Below are positions 1 through 11,955 of a stretch of DNA of 64,000 nucleotides, one piece after another. Each line of letters begins with the position of its first letter. The first letter of the stretch is position 1. The position numbers and the translations under genes are program-made. The stretch is from Schizochytrium sp. TIO01 (Eukaryota > Protista > Bigyra: Labyrinthulomycetes), in contig SMSO01000036.1 of NCBI GenBank assembly GCA_004764695.1, forward strand, positions 682,001 to 746,000. The letters run 5' to 3'. Under the pieces are notes generated by a model. It was not told the origin of the DNA and ran no database searches. It saw only the letters and a program-made list of their open reading frames with translations.

Positions 1-2779
1 GCGATCTGCTAGCGGACTAATGGCTCAACTCGGCAGCTGGCCAACCAATGCAATTGCCTAGGTACCTAGTCCTGTTTAAGCTGCTTCAAAATCCATTTAA
101 ATGCATCCTTCCAAGGAGTACTAATACTACTACTGATAGAAGCGTTTAAAAAATTGAAATAACTTATCGGGACAAAAACAAAACAAAAAGGCTCCTGGAT
201 TTGAAGGCATTAGTATGCATAGTCAATATTCATTGACATAAACAACTTGGTGAAGGGACTTTCTCTTCTCCATCATTTTTACCCTATTTCCGGTCGATTA
301 AAAAATATTACAAGTTTCGAGTAAGCTTTTTTTGAATATCAAAAGGGATTATTAGACTTAGCAGTTATTTTAGAATAACCCCTATTGCTGATACTCAATA
401 CTACCTAGGTAGGTAACAATCTTACCCTTCTTCTAATGATTCTGGTAGAATTACTTAAATGAGTAAAATGAATCCATGAAGCTGCAAGTTCAAGTCGAGT
501 CGAGAATACGACAGTGTGCACCAATTCTCAAGTTTAAAGCTGCTGCAATTAGAAGGGACGGTACCTATACCTATACCTATAAGGCACGACTGCAATTGCG
601 AGCATTCAGTCATTTCTTTTGTTCCAGCTTTTAAACTTATGTTGCTTTGTGCAATAAAATACTAGTGGTGTCTTCTGATAGCGTAGGTAGATAGTTGTTC
701 TCTAACTTCTCAAGGATTAACATGGGGTATTCAATACCAACCTCGTCATGACTTAGCAAATGCCACTGATCGGAAGTTAGTCAGATAGGTGCTGTTGCAA
801 ACCAGCAACGGGCTAGCATACCAACCAACCAGTGAATGACAGTCATGTCGCAATCCAAAGGTTCTTCTTTCAGCGTTGCGATGCCTTTCGTGTTCTCTAT
901 GAAAGCAAGAGTGCCCTCTTTCACTAATTTCTGAGCACCCAGTAGGGATGCAGTAGAAACATCCAACTCCTAGGAGGGACGCGCGCGGGAAGTTCATTCA
1001 GCATGGCTTGACCTCAGCAAGGAAACTTGAGGGGTCAAGGTTCTTTTTTTAATGCAATCTTTCTATGCTCTGAATGCAACCCACGTCCGTCACGGTTGTG
1101 GTTTGTTCATTTAGTAGCTAGTAGAACTATGATGGGTAAGTTCGGTGTTTGAGCTGCGCACACCGAAGGAATAAAACCACAATGATATTCTAAGTAGTAC
1201 CTAGTAGCTACCCTACCTACATTCCTACCTGCAAATGCACCATTACCTGCTACAGAGTTGAACAGTGATGCTTCTAGTTGATATTTTATACACTACGAGC
1301 ACTTTTACAGACTGAAATTACTAATACGAGTTAGTCATAAGATTTATGACTTCAGAGTATGAAGATCGAGGATTACAAGTAGATCTTTAAGGTTCTCTTC
1401 CTCTGGCATCTATTGTAAGAGCGAACTCTCCTTGTGATCGTTTTAGTCCGATGAATAAGTGAATTTTGTATAATAATCTTGCAATAATATAATAGTTTGC
1501 TTCAGTATTCTCTATGAAAACTCTTTTTGGTAACCTACAAGTACATACAGCAAGCAAAATTCACTCCTGAAGTTTAGGCTTGTAAAATGACTAATATATT
1601 CAGAAGTTAAAGAGCATTTTGCTCATGGTCTTCACAAAAACACAGGTAAGAATCTATATTTAATATTGATGTCCTTGTGTAACCCAGATTGCGTATTATA
1701 TGAACCGCGAGCAGGGGTCTGTATAATTTAAAAGCGAGCAAACGTAGTATTCCACTTCGACTTATAAAAAGGCGTTCATGTTGCGATTTCACAAAAGTAT
1801 ATATTGGCTGAGACACCAGAGACCGTTTGTTATCATTGGGTTACTTCCTAAGCAACCCCATTTTTGTTTTAACTCCCATCAAATCAAATGTATTTTCAAA
1901 GGTATTAACATATAGATTATACTAAGGTTCGGCTACAATTTTAACATTAACTCTTCTTTGATACAAGAGAATTTCTGCAGCATTGTACAGTACAGATTAA
2001 CTTTGAGTTCATCAGAAACCATTAGGCCATGAAAGCTGGCTTGAACGCGCAGAGAATGGGAGAAAGCATCCAGATACGAGGTGCCAAATACTCCTCTTCA
2101 ACTTACAGTATATGAATATACGCTTTAATACACATGAATTCTGTTGATGCCCTAGTAAAGCTAAACACTCTTTAGATTATGACATAAGATGAACACAGCG
2201 TAAGTATTTCATTCACACTGGGAATAATAAGGTCTCCATTTTAGTTGGAAGTGACCAAAGATTGTCTGGAAATCTTGGGAAATTGCACAACCTTCTCGCT
2301 GCTGAGATTACCAATTGAACTTTGTGGGCAAGAGATTACCAAAGGTCTTGGTATACTATTATTAAATCCGAAACTATTGAATATGATAAGAACTAAACAA
2401 TAAGATAGAACGGGGTAGGCCGAGGAAATTCAAGAGTGAAAGTACACTAGATATTCAAAGAAATATGTAAGGACAAACCTGGATTTGTGGTTGAGGAAGC
2501 ACGTTAACCAAACCTCTGAGTTGTATGCAATACAGATGAAGGCTATCTTAGTCTTTTAATTTGAATATAAAGTAGCTCACCTGGGAAGGCCAACAGATCA
2601 CTGACTCTATAAGTCTAAAAGAACATTGCCTTTTTAGGTGTCTTATTATGCATTCAAAGTTCCGAGTCTCAATTTTACATTCAGCATCAGGCTGCTCAGG
2701 GGTTAGCTTTCAGTATTCGCATGAGAATAAGGGTTTACAAAATCAAGTATATAGCTTTGAGATTCTTTCTTTGAATAGT

Positions 2780-3550
2780 GTCTGTCACCGTTCGTTCTGC
2801 ATCTGTGGTATCTAGTTTCAAAGAATGCTCTGATTGATCTCAAAAACATACCCTAAATATAAATCGCCCTGGCTCGGAGAGAGCTTCCGCTTTCTGCCCG
2901 CGTTCGTCAAGAGCCGCTTCAAAAAGGTCATTCGGTGGTGGTTTTTACTTTTAAGGTTCACTAAAAACTCAATTTATATCAGGCCCCACCCTTGAGCGCA
3001 GCTCTCTATCATAGATCCTTGTTTCGTTCCTGATTCTTTGATGATAAAGGCTGACCCGATTGCATCCAAAGGCACTTGTTTATCCACAGCTAAAGGATGA
3101 TCTTGATCTTGCACTAGTACGGTGTCAAACTAATTGCTAGCTTGAGCCATCGGCATGGTCTTGTAGTGTGCCTCTAATTGAATGAACTCCAGGCAAAATA
3201 GAACACACCGTGACTGTAGTAATGTGAGGTTGTGCAGATCAGCGTGCTGGAAGACACTCAGGACATTTTTGGTATTAACCTCAAGCATTAATGCATTCTC
3301 GAAAAAAGACTTAAATATTCCGTACCATAGAATTGTGCTAGGTTGAGCAATTCCACAGCGTCTTGTCGTAGTTCGGTCTCGGCAACAGTCCAGATGTCAT
3401 CATAAATAGAGAGCATCAATGAAGAGTCGCAAGGCCCTGGAGTGGGAAGTGGGAATACTCAGACTTCTTTTCTTCCAATCGTCCCAATAGTGACGGCCGC
3501 TGGGACTGTCACAGCCCCAGGACAACCTTTTGAAATACCTGCTTTGTAAG
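2780..3550 (+). pseudogene. Possible decayed coding relic with faint trypsin-like peptidase resemblance
   Basis: Fragments in shifting + frames with stops (SASVVSSFKECSD*, ELPLSARVRQEPLQKGHSVVVFTF, LMIKADPIASKGTCLSTAKG*) follow the order of Trypsin_2-type segments. There is no intact ORF or catalytic motif. Confidence 0.15.
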
Positions 3551-3742
3551 CAAAGGACGGACATGTTCACATCATGAGACTGCTGAACGCTTTTAGTGCC
3601 TGAAGAAGCACCAGCGTTTCTACCTTTGACTTGGCACACTTCGATGATTGTGGATTGGGCCCATCACTTATGACAATGATATGAAACCCTCCACCCTTCT
3701 CTTCGTGCATGAATTTAAAATCTTGTGCAAATGTTGATTCAT

Positions 3743-4385
3743 GCTTACTGCAAGTGAAGTAGCTCATGGATTCCTTCAGAGTCATGTATTATACAAATTG
3801 ATGTGGTTTTCTTGATAGAAAATATCTTTGTTTGTTCTCCGTAGGAGAGAGATTAATTGATAGCCATTTGAAATATATGCAGAGATCACAGAAGAAGCCC
3901 GTATTTGTACATTCATATCTCTTCGAGCATGTAGAAGTGTGCATTTTAGTCTTTAGTGGCCAAATCACGATTGTAATTCCATTCTAGTCACCCTTTGCGC
4001 ACAGTTAAAATATGTATCTTCGCACTATCACTGTTCGATCGTGAAGAAGACGCTTCCAGAAAAGCTTACTGCAAGTGGAGGAGCTTCTGGGGTCCTTCAG
4101 AGTCATGTATTATACAAAATGATGTGGTTTTCGTGATGTAAAACATCTTTGTTTGTTCTTCGTGGGAGAGAAATGAGTTGATAGTCATTTGAAATATATG
4201 CAGAGATCACAGAAGAAGCCCGTATTTGTACATTCATATCTCTTCGAGCATATAGAAGTGTGCATTTTAGTCTTTAGTGGTCAAATCATGATTGTAATGT
4301 CACTATGATCACCCTTTGAGCACATTTAAAATATGTGTCTTCGCACATCAATGTTTGTTAGTGAAGGAAAATATCTTCAGTCGAG
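3743..4385. repeat. Tandem direct duplication, 321-bp unit, two diverged copies
   Basis: GCTTACTGCAAGTG begins at 3743 and 4064. The copies share long identical blocks, e.g. CATTTGAAATATATGCAGAGATCACAGAAGAAGCCCGTATTTGTACATTCATATCTCTTCGAGCAT. Confidence 0.95.
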
Positions 4386-7300
4386 CCTATTACGAGGGGA
4401 ATAGCTTCTCAAAGCGCTAAAAACTAATATAAAAAAGTCTGGAATGTGGTCAAACATATGTATCGGCGGCGACTTTGCTACGCTTTCCACAAAAGGTTTG
4501 ACGTTGTAGACTTCCAGAAAGTGTCCATGCTATGCAGAGAAGAGCACTATATACCAATACAATTTGACAACAATCATTCTTAGTGATATGACAGAAACCA
4601 TCGCTCTATTCTCGTTCAAGTGTTTGTTTACGAAAGAAAATCTCTATAAACTTATCATGAGTGGTTTCGTTCTTCAATATCTTTAATAGTACACAAGGTG
4701 CGCATCGTGGGGCGTTGTTAGTTTCTTCAAGCATGTATTATTTTCATTTTAAAAATTACACTCACTTCACTCTATTGTACTTGCACCACTCGAAGTGTTG
4801 AGATTTTCCGTTATCCAAAAAATATCTTTGATGGAGTCTGTTTCGAGCGCGAGTGCTCTTCACTTACACAAACACCATGCGATGTTTTCACCAAAAAGAG
4901 TTCACAGATCGGGCAAAAGCTCCATTGGTATGGCGTATTATATGGTCGTTCGACTTTGTAATTCCTCGAATGATGTTTACAAAACATATATCAATGAAAC
5001 AGTTCTTAAAACTCGGTGGCTTGCAGTTAAATAGTAAGATACTTTTGTTGCTAACAGTTGCAATTCGAAATTCAAATTCAAGGATTCTCAAATATCACGG
5101 TACTTAAAGTCGACGATTTGAGAAGCGTTAAAACTAAATCTTGTCGACAAATGCATATGTACAGTTCCTCTCGCGAAATTCCGGGTGAAACAGTGTCAGC
5201 TTGATCATGATTATAATGCAGAGATATTTATTTCTCTTGTTAGACGAGATCTAATCATGTTGAGGTTTGATGCCTCATCCAGATTCGTTGATTCTTACTA
5301 ACACAGAATTAACACAACAATATTGTATTGGTTGGCACAGGATGCCTTTTTCTGGTGGTAACTTCAGATCCACTCACCAACAGTGTTCTTTCTAAAACAA
5401 GAGCACCATTGGCGGCCATTCATGGCTTTTATCCTTGAAACCTCACGTCAATTACTAACGGCCAGTCAGTAAGTTAGTAGTAAAATTACTATCTTACTAC
5501 TGAAAGATATGTAGGCAATGGCGAGCTCCGAATAGATTCTTCTCCACCCAAATATCTTCAACGGAATTAGCCAGTCCTGGAGCCATCTCTTTTGTTCGGT
5601 TTCGTAAACCCAGCTCAAGTCTTTTTCTTGAATTTCTTAAGGGTGTTCCCCAGTTCATATTCAACCATCCCTAGCCATTCTCAGCTCCCTTGTATTACTA
5701 CCGTGACGGCCTCGTTGCTCCTGCTCATAATCCTACCTAATCCTATCCATCATCCATCTATCTTTCAACCCAGGTTGTCACCTTTGACCCCAATCCGACT
5801 CCTACCATCGAATAGCCTAGATACACAACCTTACTAGGTGCTAGAAGACCTGTATTCCTGAACCCTGATGATGTTGCTGATGATGATGGCCATCGCCATC
5901 GTCATCCTCCACAGAGCCTACCCAGAGTCTCTCCCAGGCCTGAAGCCTGCAGGCGGTGCGCCATGTAGAGCTAGCTCTTTCCCAGCTCTTCGCCAGCCCT
6001 TGTTCGCGCAGCCTAGTCCCTTGCAATTAATTAATCAATTGCCAATCCATGTCCCAAATAGTCACACCGCTGAGCACCAACGTCACCTTTTTAGTTAAAA
6101 CATCAATCAATGCGCGCATTTCGCAGATATAGCACTGTGCATACGGTATATTCTAAGCTGCGCAACCCACTTTCGCCTCTAGCGCTTGAAAAGAACGAGA
6201 GAGAGAGAGAAAGAAGAAGAAGAGAGAGATTCATGGCTGAGTCAGGTCTCAAGATCCCGTGGGTCTTCTTCGTGTAATAAGGTCTTCGCACAATAAGTTT
6301 GACCGAGGTAACTGAGTTCTGCTGTCAAGCTTCAATGGTTTCGTGCACCCTTTGGGCTAGCTTGGTGGGTATTTCCGAGTCTTCGCTTCGTCTTCAGCAA
6401 GGTGCAGAAACTATAAACCTGTTCCGCTGCCTCCTGGAAATCTCGCTGCTTTGCTCTCGGCCTTTTGTTCTCTTTTCTACCCTCTTGCCTACCACTAATC
6501 CTATGCGTTCTTATTTATTGCCCTGCATCCTTTCAGTAGCACGTTTCGTTCCAAGCGCGTTCTTTGCATAGTCATATCCACGGGACCTCGTTAGGACCAG
6601 TTTCAAGCGTAAAGGAGTCCATAAAGGTTCTCAGCAAGTTTCGTTCCACTTGTGGCGCAGTTCTTCCTAATTCTGTTGACGATTAGTCGTAGGCACCTGT
6701 TAAGGGACTCTTAGGCCAAGGAGAAGGAGGAGAGAACAGAAGAAGAAAAGACGCGCTGCTCTCCACAAAGCGTGCGTGAAGACAGACCACGGAGATCGTG
6801 GCCAAACAACTCGCTGCTGCTCCGCATTCAATGCAGTATGAGGGCACCGGCGACAGCCATTGCCAGCTCCAGCACCGCTCCCGCGTGGCCACTCCACTCC
6901 AAAGTAAGTCCCTGTAATCGTAGGTACCGATTGCTTCTTTTAGTTTTGATTGTTGTTTGTTTGTTTGTTCAAGAGAACAAAAGGCTGAAAGGAAAAACAA
7001 ACTTTAATACAGAAAGAAAAACAAAAAACTTTAATACAGAAAGAAAAAACTGGTAGGTACGTACTAGCAGGTTCTAGTGGGCGCCAATAGATTAGAACGT
7101 ACTAGGAACAGCGTTGTTGAAATTACTTAGTCTAGGTAGCGTGTATTTTGGACAGGGACAGCGGGAAGCGATTCAATCAATCGATCAATCGCTGCGACGC
7201 TCAAGTGCAGGCGGCCCCGACCACGACTGCACAGCGCTCCGGCGGGACCGCAAACTCTCATATTTGTTCGTATATCTGCTGACCATTGCTGCTTGATACC

Positions 7301-7787
7301 TACCCCGCGTGCGTTCTTTGGACTACTTCGCTTCGCGCATTTGAGGTGACGTCGATCCCTTCCTTGCTTTCTCCCGATCGATCGATCCGCCTAGTACGTG
7401 GTGTCGTCCACGTTTTGAGGGAAACTCGCTCGATCGCTTGCAGATTTAGGCTCTCGCGCAAGCTCACATCGCTTTCAAGGCTGTGAAACGTACATATCAG
7501 GTCTACGTTGAGGTTTCCATACCCTTAAGTGAGGGTGAGAAACAACTATTTCTGAAGCGAAAGGTCTTGGATTGGTTCTCTTCTTCATTCGTGGACTTCA
7601 ATTGTGCCAAGAACGAGGAACTTTAAATTAACCTTCGTGTACTGAGGCTCACTATAATCTTACTTGTTCGAGTTCTGATTGTGCTTTGAATTAAAACCCG
7701 TTCGTGTAATTTGCTGCAAGCTTTCGCTGTGAGTTGTTTTGGGGGCATTCAGTTTGTGATCGACGCATTCTTCAGTATTTAGACACG

Positions 7788-8885
7788 ATGGAGGACTATC
7801 ACGGCCACTCGCACCTACACTCTCATGTAAGTCATCAAGACCAGCAGCAGCAGGTCCCTGGTCAAATGGCCAACTCGCACCACCACGATGCTGAGTCGGA
7901 TGTCTCAGACGAGGAAGGCACAGCCATTGTTAAAGGCTTTGCTGTGGATGACCCAACATGTCCACGTGTGCTGTACTGGGGATCAGGAAGTCCTCCAGCA
8001 TGGCGTGCTCGGCTTTGTCTCGAGGAGAAGGGCGTAACCTACCGTAGCGTGCTTCTCTCTTTCGAGAAAAAACAACACAAAACGCCTCAGATGCTGTCAC
8101 TTAACCCTCGCGGCATGGTACCTATCTTTGTAGATGGCGGCACGGTACTTTACGAATCACTGGGTATTATTCAATACATTGACAGTGAGATTACTTCATC
8201 AAGGTCACTCATGCCGGAAAGCAAACGTCTGCGTGCACGCGCTTTGATTCGCATGAATGAAGCTAACAATGTCAGCGCGGTCGTTGGTGAGGTTGTTTAT
8301 TATTTGCGAAGAACACACACTTCACACATTAACCACGAGTACTTGCGCGTAAAGCGTGATGCTATGTACAAGGAAATTGCGCTTTGGGAGGGGTACCTGG
8401 ACGCAAGTGACTATCTTGCTGGAGATGAAGTCACTCTGGCCGACATCAGCTTCTTTCCCACCATCGCGTATACTGTACGCCTTGGATTCGATCTTTCCAA
8501 GTAAGTTAGAACCCCTTTGTTTGTCAAATAGAGTTAAATGAGTCATGGGCAGTGAGATGCAGGCAAATCCTGCTTGTTTTAAAAGAGCAGATCTTCTCAT
8601 TGCATGGGAAATGCTAAGGTGTGAGGTGAGGTGAGGTGAGGTGAGGTGCGGTGGTCATCCCCTTTAAATCGATAAAAGAGAGGATGTTCGCGTGACTAAC
8701 GTGTTTTGATGATTTGATGATGGTGAACTACTTTTCATTGTTTTGTTTGTTTGCGATCTAATACCTACAGATTCCCTCGCTTGAACAACTACTATCTGCG
8801 CATGTTGGAGCGCGAGTCCGTCAAAAACTCCTGGCCTCCTCATTGGATCAAGCAAGAGTCGGCTGGCCCATTAAAGGGTCTGTAA
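7788..8885 (+). CDS. Glutathione S-transferase, rho-class/GST-A-like; exons 7788-8500 and 8771-8885
   Basis: N-domain LYWGSGSPPAWRARLCLEEKG, LNPRGMVP and LYESLGIIQY; C-domain YLAGDEVTLADI. Splicing adds K-FPRLNNYYLRMLERESVKNSWPPHW...GL*, and WPPHW is typical of rho-class GSTs. His/Gln-rich N-terminal extension. The start codon is uncertain (see findings). Confidence 0.92.
8501..8770 (+). other. Spliceosomal intron in the GST gene (phase 2)
   Basis: GTAAGT donor, CTAAT branch point at ~8758, CTACAG acceptor. Removal restores the GST C-terminus in frame. Contains (GTGAG)5 at 8621-8645. Confidence 0.9.
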
Positions 8886-10494
8886 ACCGCCCACTGGTAC
8901 CCTGTCTTCCCTTAAAACTTTAACCCACGTGAATTACAGAAAATATTGCATGACATAAGTATTTGTTCATTGATAGATTTTCCAATTTTTTTGCTTTAGA
9001 CTTTTTGAGATTGGCCTGACTGCTAAACTATTCTTAGCATGAAGCTCAAATGATGTCTTTGGGGAACAACATTCAATGTACATTCTCGACTCTGCTGATA
9101 TTCCCCACCCACCTACCCACCGATCACATAAGTTTCCATATTTTGCTAGTGGATAGCTTGGGGGCCATGTGTGGATGCCATGGGGAGTAGAGATGAAAGG
9201 CAACGCGTAAGATGTACTGCTGCATTATGTTGAGGTGTGTTTCTCACAAATTGTTGTGAGCCTAACTAAAGCTGTTCAGTGATAAAGAACCATTGGTCCA
9301 GAGAAGGCCGAGCCATTCATGCCATGCCTGAGACAGGAGCTTACGTCAATCTATTCATCCCGTTTATTGTCTCAACAAGCGCAACGGGAGAAAGGTATTT
9401 TCATCTTGAAGTAGTGATCATGATTGAAGAAGGCAAATATAATGCGGTCGCATTCGAACAGGTGTGATAAAAAAACATAAACAGACCATACTAGGTTGAT
9501 GAGAGCCACACAGGCACTTCTTCCATCACAGGAAAAATGGACAAAAGAGTCAAACGGGTCGAACATGGCATACAAATGCTCCAGAATAACTACAGAAGAG
9601 GCACAGTAGAAGCAAGACGTTAGTTGCCAAGGGTGACTGACTGGTAGGAGAAGAAAATGAAAATAGTAGTAAAAAAAGAGTTTGTGAACATCAGTTATCT
9701 CGATCCTATAGTGAAAAGAGAGAAAAAATGAGAGAAGCAAAGTAATGAAAAGGATCATATGAGGTGTTCCACATAGAAAAAGAAGGGGAGCGAGACAACT
9801 ACTTGTGAGCATGTTATAGTAGCGCTCACAAGGCAGCTTGCCTTGATATTATCTTGAATTTGTAGTTTGGTGAGACCAGCTCTTGCTTGCCTGTGAACAG
9901 CGGACTGCGTTTCAAAAGAAAACCAGCAGTGATTTGGTTTTCTTTGATTGATCGCAGCGAATTAAAATTGCAAAGAACGCAAAAGTTTTGCAGGTGAAGG
10001 AATACTGTACATCATATTATCTGGTTCATGACCGTAAGCATCTGAGGCGAGCCAAAGGTGAGTAAGCCGATTAATCAAGCGAATCAACAACCCACTAGCC
10101 AAAGAAATTTTTGTTGTTTGCCAGAAACTCGCACATGCGACAGGGGCGCCATCCAATGTATTTGCAGGGGAGGCGGCAAAACCCGAGTGCTCTAAAAGTA
10201 GTGCGGGTCTGACAAAAAACAATGGCTAGGTTATAGCTTCTTCGCTCCATATAATGGCTCACTTTTATATATCCACCATTCTTTGACTCGCTAGCTATTA
10301 CATGCGACCGTCATGATGCAGCAAATAGAAGAAATAATCGTAATAATATCCTCATCACCATTCCCCTGCTGTGCTTGCTTGCGATACTACTGCTTCTTCC
10401 ACCCAGTGCCTTGTCGGTTAAAAAGTCTAACAGGACAATTAAGAGAAGCAGTGCGTAGGTCCTGGCGAACGCTAAGGTGTTCACTGCACATGAA

Positions 10495-11955
10495 CTACCT
10501 GGTCGCGGACCTGCTACGGTGCAAGCAGAGGCGTGCTGGTGGTTCGAGCCCCAACGTCACGGCTTGTGCATGCGACTTGACGCTGCAACTGCGTGAGAGA
10601 ACAGGTGCGCCTGCAGCTCCGCTAAGAGGCACAGGGTTGTTGGAGTGTTGCAAGCTCAATCCGTCATAGGAAACATATGTAGAGTGAATAGCTCCGTTTT
10701 GCAGGAGTGAAGAGGAGTGTTCATCCTCGTCTTGATCCATAAAAACCATTGCGCCGGCGGGTGCGCCCATGGATGATGGCATCTCGTCAGCCTCCATGGC
10801 CTCTAAATCACGAGATGTATCATGGAAAAAGGGTTTGCCTCCTTCACCCTTGTACCTTTTGCTGTAAAGGGTACGGTTTTCCTGGTGTTGTTCCAGATCT
10901 TCGTCTTCGTCAGAGTTGTTAGGATAGGAATACATGTCCTGTGTAACGTCGTCGTCGTAGTAGTACGAAAAGCTTGACTCCGAATAGGAGAGCTCGTCGA
11001 CGCCAACAGGAGAGACAACTTGCTCGGAGCGTCCGGCGCAAGTTGAGGTGGCGGAAGTAAGAGCAGCAGATTCGGTGGCCACAGGGGCCAGGCTGGGTCC
11101 AGCAGAGGCTGCGGATGCAGACATCATGCTCTCAAAAATTTCCAGCATGCGCTCACTGCATGCTTTTACTTCCTGCGATCCGAGGAGGCCCAGTCTGGCG
11201 ACTGACGCAGCCCACGCTTGCGACAGCTCGCCATCCACACGGACGGTCTTCAGAGCGCATAGCACAGCAGATGTGCCGATGATACTGGGCGAGTATTTTA
11301 AGAACTCGTATTCTGGAATAACCACGTCGAGGAAGGTTACAGCATCTTCTTGCACAAGACGGCGAGCGTCCGTGCACGGGATAAACTGCACCAGGTGGGT
11401 CATGAACGACTGAGGGGTGACCGGGGTGAGTTTCCACTGGATCACGCGGAGAAGCTCGAGCTCCATCAGCTTTATGTCTGACTCCAGGTAGGTTCCATCA
11501 GCGAGGTCCCTGAGTTCATGCATGCCAATAGGGAATGTCTCGTGCAGCTTTGCTGCAACAAAAATAGACCCCATTGCGAGCAGTTGGAGGATACTCTTTT
11601 TTGTAGAAATCTGGCTCAAATACCTGTCCATGTAGTTAACCGCAACTGCAATGGTCTCTTGAGAGATTCCGTACTCCTCCTCAAACTCCAGCAGCCACGA
11701 GGCTACTTTAGACCTCCATACCACGCGCATGCCATCCTTCTGCACCTGCTCGATGTAGTCGTGCCTTGGTCGGCATGAGTCCTCAGTGTCCATCATAATT
11801 TCCAGTCGTTCATAAAGTTCCGCCTGCGTCAACCTGCACACCTCCTCTGGGGCCTGTTCGCTCTCGCGAGACCAGTCCGCTCCAAGAGAGTCGTGCGACG
11901 CCCTTGCCTCCAGTCCTTGTTTGTGGTCATCCACCATCATCGAGTCCACCATCAT
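10495..11955 (-). CDS. Cyclin, D-type-like, with long acidic/PEST C-terminal tail
   Basis: 486-aa ORF with cyclin box DYIEQVQKDGMRVVWRSKVASWLLEF...AVAVNYMDRYLS...LQLLAMGSIFVAAKLHE...MELELLRVIQWKLTPVTPQSF and C-terminal fold FLKYSPSIIGTSAV. Confidence 0.92.
   Translation of the reverse strand: MMVDSMMVDDHKQGLEARASHDSLGADWSRESEQAPEEVCRLTQAELYERLEIMMDTEDSCRPRHDYIEQVQKDGMRVVWRSKVASWLLEFEEEYGISQETIAVAVNYMDRYLSQISTKKSILQLLAMGSIFVAAKLHETFPIGMHELRDLADGTYLESDIKLMELELLRVIQWKLTPVTPQSFMTHLVQFIPCTDARRLVQEDAVTFLDVVIPEYEFLKYSPSIIGTSAVLCALKTVRVDGELSQAWAASVARLGLLGSQEVKACSERMLEIFESMMSASAASAGPSLAPVATESAALTSATSTCAGRSEQVVSPVGVDELSYSESSFSYYYDDDVTQDMYSYPNNSDEDEDLEQHQENRTLYSKRYKGEGGKPFFHDTSRDLEAMEADEMPSSMGAPAGAMVFMDQDEDEHSSSLLQNGAIHSTYVSYDGLSLQHSNNPVPLSGAAGAPVLSRSCSVKSHAQAVTLGLEPPARLCLHRSRSATR

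Noticed and set aside
746-1060. Short minus-strand protein-like ORFs
   Set aside because: Short, interrupted and with no recognisable motif; at most an unidentifiable relic.
7734-8504. ORF-track boundaries of the GST
   Set aside because: The ORF begins at a TTG, and its stop lies inside the intron donor. The true C-terminus is in exon 2.
9211-9650. Fragments resembling a Tc1/IS630 transposase (HWSREGR, IEEGKYNAVAF, KMDK)
   Set aside because: Catalytic residues and the SPDLNPIE motif are absent, the spacing is wrong and no terminal inverted repeats were seen.
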